Of a DNA stretch of 64,000 nucleotides, positions 61,040-64,000 are shown piece after piece. The translations under genes and the position numbers were made by a program. The stretch is from an uncultured Lentisphaerales bacterium (GTDB lineage Bacteria > Verrucomicrobiota > Lentisphaeria > JABSQK01). The stretch covers positions 20,922 through 84,921 of the forward strand of contig CAYLNH010000004.1 in assembly GCA_964384625.1 (NCBI GenBank). Direction: 5' to 3'. Below the pieces are notes generated by a model, which had not been told where the DNA came from, did no database searches, and worked only from the letters and a program-made list of their open reading frames with translations. The first letter of the stretch is position 1, and each line of letters starts with the position of its first letter.

Positions 61040-61443
61040 GTAAGCCCTCGTCTGCTGCCCTCCTCAGCATCCCGTCCCAACTTTCAAGAGGTCGGAAACC
61101 TGCGCTACTTGGGATAATGCAACCGGCAGACGTCCTGCGGACCGTCTCAGACGGCCTGCCTCCGAGCGTGGCCGCGGTCGTCTCGACCGCGCATCCCCGA
61201 CTTGTGTCGGGAACATCGAGGATCTGTCACCTGCATTCAGTTCGCGCCGAACCCGTTCTCCGTTCTCCTGCCGTTCTGGTTGGCAGGTCAACCAGAGCGG
61301 CAGGAGAACGGAGGGGGGCTGCCGTTTGCTGCAGTTGACCGATCCTGAAACTCCGCACTGCAAGCTCCTACGCCGAGGCTTCGGCGCTCAAGAGGGTGCG
61401 CGATCTTTATGCCGAATGCAGAGGGCAGTGATCGAGGGCTTAC
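61040..61443. ncRNA. large nested structured element, copy 2 (candidate ncRNA or MITE)
   Basis: 23-nt terminal inverted repeats (19/23), 25-bp hairpin at 61258-61313, enclosing stem ~61220-61345, core shared with 39892-40011. Confidence 0.55.
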
Positions 61444-61563
61444 ATTTGGGTTCCCACGTGCACTTGCAATTGAGGCGGGTTCAGACATAGTACAGGTTCG
61501 AATCTTCACCGGCAGGGGGAACGGTCGACGACGGCCTTGGAGTTGTTGGATTGAGGTCTACCA

Positions 61564-61854
61564 GTGGGTAAAGAGACTGCTCAGATTACAAGATGCTTTG
61601 TGGTCCCGAATGAATTGGGACTGCACGCGCGGGCGGCAACCCGCTTGACCCAGGTGGCCTCGCAGTTTGAGGCGAACGTCCACATCCGGCTCGCGGGCGA
61701 GGACAATCCTGCCGCCAACGCCAAGAGCGTGCTCGATCTGCTCACCCTCGGCGCCGCCAGAGGCAGCCGCCTGAATGTCATCATCTCCGGAGCTGACGCG
61801 GCAGCCGCGGACCAGGCCATTGCCGAGCTGTTCGAAAACAACCTGGGGGACTGA
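61564..61854 (+). CDS. ptsH: HPr phosphocarrier protein
   Basis: NELGLHARAA and NAKSVLDLLTLGA. Confidence 0.92.
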   Translation: MGKETAQITRCFVVPNELGLHARAATRLTQVASQFEANVHIRLAGEDNPAANAKSVLDLLTLGAARGSRLNVIISGADAAAADQAIAELFENNLGD

Positions 61855-61857
61855 CCT

Positions 61858-62415
61858 GTGACCGACCCGGCTTCCCAGCCGCTTGATTCGGCCGCTCTCG
61901 ACATTGCCCGCCGCCCGGATTACCGCTGGGTCGTGGCGCATACCCGGCCCCGCTGCGAAAAGAAGTTTCACGAGTTCTGCCGCACGCACGAACTGCTCTC
62001 CTACCTGCCGTTGCAACGCAGCATCCGGCGCTACCAGCGGCAAGTCAAGGAGTTTATGGTGCCGATGTTCTCCGGCTATGTCTTCGCTCAGGTGAATGCC
62101 GAGCAACACGCCGACGTCGGCAATTGCCGGCAGGTGGCGGAGATCCTGGTTCCCGACCGGCAGATGGAAGAGCAACTGATCCTCGAGCTCCAGGACATCC
62201 AGCGGATCGAACAGCTCACGCGCGCCGGCGAACTCGTCGTCCGCCCGGAAATCGAAGTCGGCCGCCGCGTGCTCATCAAAGCCGGCCCGCTGGCCGGGGT
62301 CAACGGCATTGTCTGCCGCCGCAAAAACAAGGTACGGCTGACCGTGAATGTGGAGATGATCGGCCAATCCGTGACCCTGGAATTGGATGCTGCCGAAGTT
62401 GAGATTGACGATTGA
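61858..62415 (+). CDS. NusG paralogue (RfaH/UpxY-like antiterminator)
   Basis: WVVAHTRPRCEKK, YLPL, PMFSGYVF; KOW-like GRRVLIKAGPLAGVNG. Confidence 0.88.
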   Translation: MTDPASQPLDSAALDIARRPDYRWVVAHTRPRCEKKFHEFCRTHELLSYLPLQRSIRRYQRQVKEFMVPMFSGYVFAQVNAEQHADVGNCRQVAEILVPDRQMEEQLILELQDIQRIEQLTRAGELVVRPEIEVGRRVLIKAGPLAGVNGIVCRRKNKVRLTVNVEMIGQSVTLELDAAEVEIDD

Positions 62416-62490
62416 GCTTCGGGCGGCAACTATAGTGGCGGAGAATCCCGGTCGGGGCGCAGTAAACACGGAGATAAAGGAATTCCCGAT

Positions 62491-64000
62491 ATGTGTGGAA
62501 TTGTTGGCTATATCGGCGGTGAACCCGCCCTGCCGATCCTGCTGGAAGGCTTGCGGCGGCTGGAGTATCGCGGCTATGACTCGGCCGGCCTGGCGCTCGT
62601 CGACAACGGCGAAGTCCGCCTGGCGCGGTCCGTCGGCAAAGTCGGCGCCCTGGCAACTCAGACTGCCGCTGAACTGAGCGATCACCCGGGCCGGGTCGGT
62701 ATCGCCCATACCCGCTGGGCCACGCACGGCGCCCCGACGCAGGCCAACGCGCACCCGCATCGCGACGATCAGGCCGAGTTCGTCTGTGTCCACAACGGCA
62801 TCATCGAAAACTACCGCGCCCTGCGCGACCAACTGAAGCGCAAAGGCCATACGTTCACGTCGGAAACCGACAGCGAAGTCATCCCCCACCTGATTCGCGA
62901 GTTCTACCAGGGCGACTTCCTCCAGGCTGTCGCCGCGGCCCTCGGCCAGCTCGAAGGCACCTACGGCATCGCAGTCGTCAGCAAACACCACCCGGACCAG
63001 TTGATCACCGCTCGCCGCGGCAGCCCGATTGTCGTCGGCCTCAGCGATACCGAGAACATCGTCGCCAGCGATGTGTCCGCAATTGTCGAACACACCCGCA
63101 ATGTCATCTATCTGAATGACGGCGACATTGCTCTGGTGACGGCGGACGACGTCAATATCCGCAACCTTGACAATGTACCGGTGGCCCGTGACGTACAGGC
63201 CGTTGAATGGGATGTGGAGGCCGTGGAAAAGAGCGGCTACGATCACTTCATGCTCAAGGAGATCTTTGAACAGCCCGAAGCCATCCGCAACGCCATCCGC
63301 GGCCGGCTCGACCACGAAGTCGGCAGCGCCATCCTCTCCGGCCTGAACATGACGCCGCAGGACCTGGTCCACATCAACCGTGTCATTATCGCTGCCTGCG
63401 GCACCTCGATGCACGCCGGCATGGTCGGCGAATACTTCTTCGAGGACCTCGCGGACCTGCTCAGCGAAGTAGAACAGGCCGCCGAATTCCGCTATCGCAA
63501 CCCGATCATTGACGGCCGGTCGCTCATCGTTGCCGTCAGCCAGTCCGGCGAGACCGCCGATACTCTGGCCGCCCTGCGCGAGGCCAAGATGAAAGGCGGC
63601 CAGGTCGCCGGCCTCTGTAATGTCGTCGGCTCCACCATCGCCCGGGAAGCCGGTCGCGGCGTCTACCTGCACGCCGGCCCCGAAATCGGCGTCGCCTCCA
63701 CCAAGGCGTTCACCTGCCAGGTCTCCGTACTCCTGATGATGGCCCTCAAATTCGGCCGCGCCCGCCGCTATACCCGCGACGCCGGCCTCGAACTCGCCGA
63801 AGAGATCGAGTCCATCCCCGACCTAGTTCAACAGGTCCTGGACCACACGGACGAAATCAAGGCCGCCGCCGAACGCTGGGCCGATTGCGCAAACTTCTTC
63901 TTCATCGGCCGCGGCTACCTCTACCCCGTCGCCCTCGAAGGCGCGCTGAAGCTGAAGGAAATCAGCTACATCCATGCCGAAGGCTACCACGCCGCCGAAC
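62491..64000 (+). CDS. glmS: glutamine-fructose-6-phosphate aminotransferase (partial, runs off right edge)
   Basis: MCGIVG, LEYRGYDSAG, HTRWATHG, HNGIIEN, SQSGETADT, EGALKLKEISYIHAEG. Confidence 0.98.
   Translation, partial: MCGIVGYIGGEPALPILLEGLRRLEYRGYDSAGLALVDNGEVRLARSVGKVGALATQTAAELSDHPGRVGIAHTRWATHGAPTQANAHPHRDDQAEFVCVHNGIIENYRALRDQLKRKGHTFTSETDSEVIPHLIREFYQGDFLQAVAAALGQLEGTYGIAVVSKHHPDQLITARRGSPIVVGLSDTENIVASDVSAIVEHTRNVIYLNDGDIALVTADDVNIRNLDNVPVARDVQAVEWDVEAVEKSGYDHFMLKEIFEQPEAIRNAIRGRLDHEVGSAILSGLNMTPQDLVHINRVIIAACGTSMHAGMVGEYFFEDLADLLSEVEQAAEFRYRNPIIDGRSLIVAVSQSGETADTLAALREAKMKGGQVAGLCNVVGSTIAREAGRGVYLHAGPEIGVASTKAFTCQVSVLLMMALKFGRARRYTRDAGLELAEEIESIPDLVQQVLDHTDEIKAAAERWADCANFFFIGRGYLYPVALEGALKLKEISYIHAEGYHAAE

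Noticed and set aside
62416-62490. glmS ribozyme
   Set aside because: Only 75 nt of intergenic sequence and no recognisable ribozyme core

Overview
High-GC bacterial chromosomal DNA, most consistent with the PVC superphylum (Lentisphaerota/Verrucomicrobiota-like). That placement is inferred from a prepilin/H-X9-DG protein, a GntR-LacI hybrid regulator, a DUF4159/MoxR operon and PEGA/GspG-like proteins. The window holds about 57 CDS and one tRNA-Arg(CCG). Housekeeping genes include def, ugd, psd, glmM, a GlmU-like acetyltransferase, glmS, rpmG, lpxD, skp, tsaE and HPr. No integrase, transposase, CRISPR array or rRNA was seen. The most unusual signals are: (1) a ~404-nt nested, highly base-paired non-coding element at 61040-61443 whose ~100-nt core recurs at 39892-40011 inside a different closing stem; (2) a ~10-kb three-gene membrane system (giant peptidase-like/FtsX permease, OPT-like protein, DUF6785-like protein with a coiled-coil insert) with no ATPase; (3) an in-frame TGA exactly at a lipobox Cys position upstream of a YyaL-like gene; (4) an FHA-MoxR/DUF4159/DUF58 operon converging on an Sm-like + transglutaminase pair; (5) two candidate short sRNAs sharing CATCCCCCCG; (6) a Sip1/GH36 homologue whose active-site motifs are substituted. 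All family calls come from motif recognition by eye; no database searches were run.
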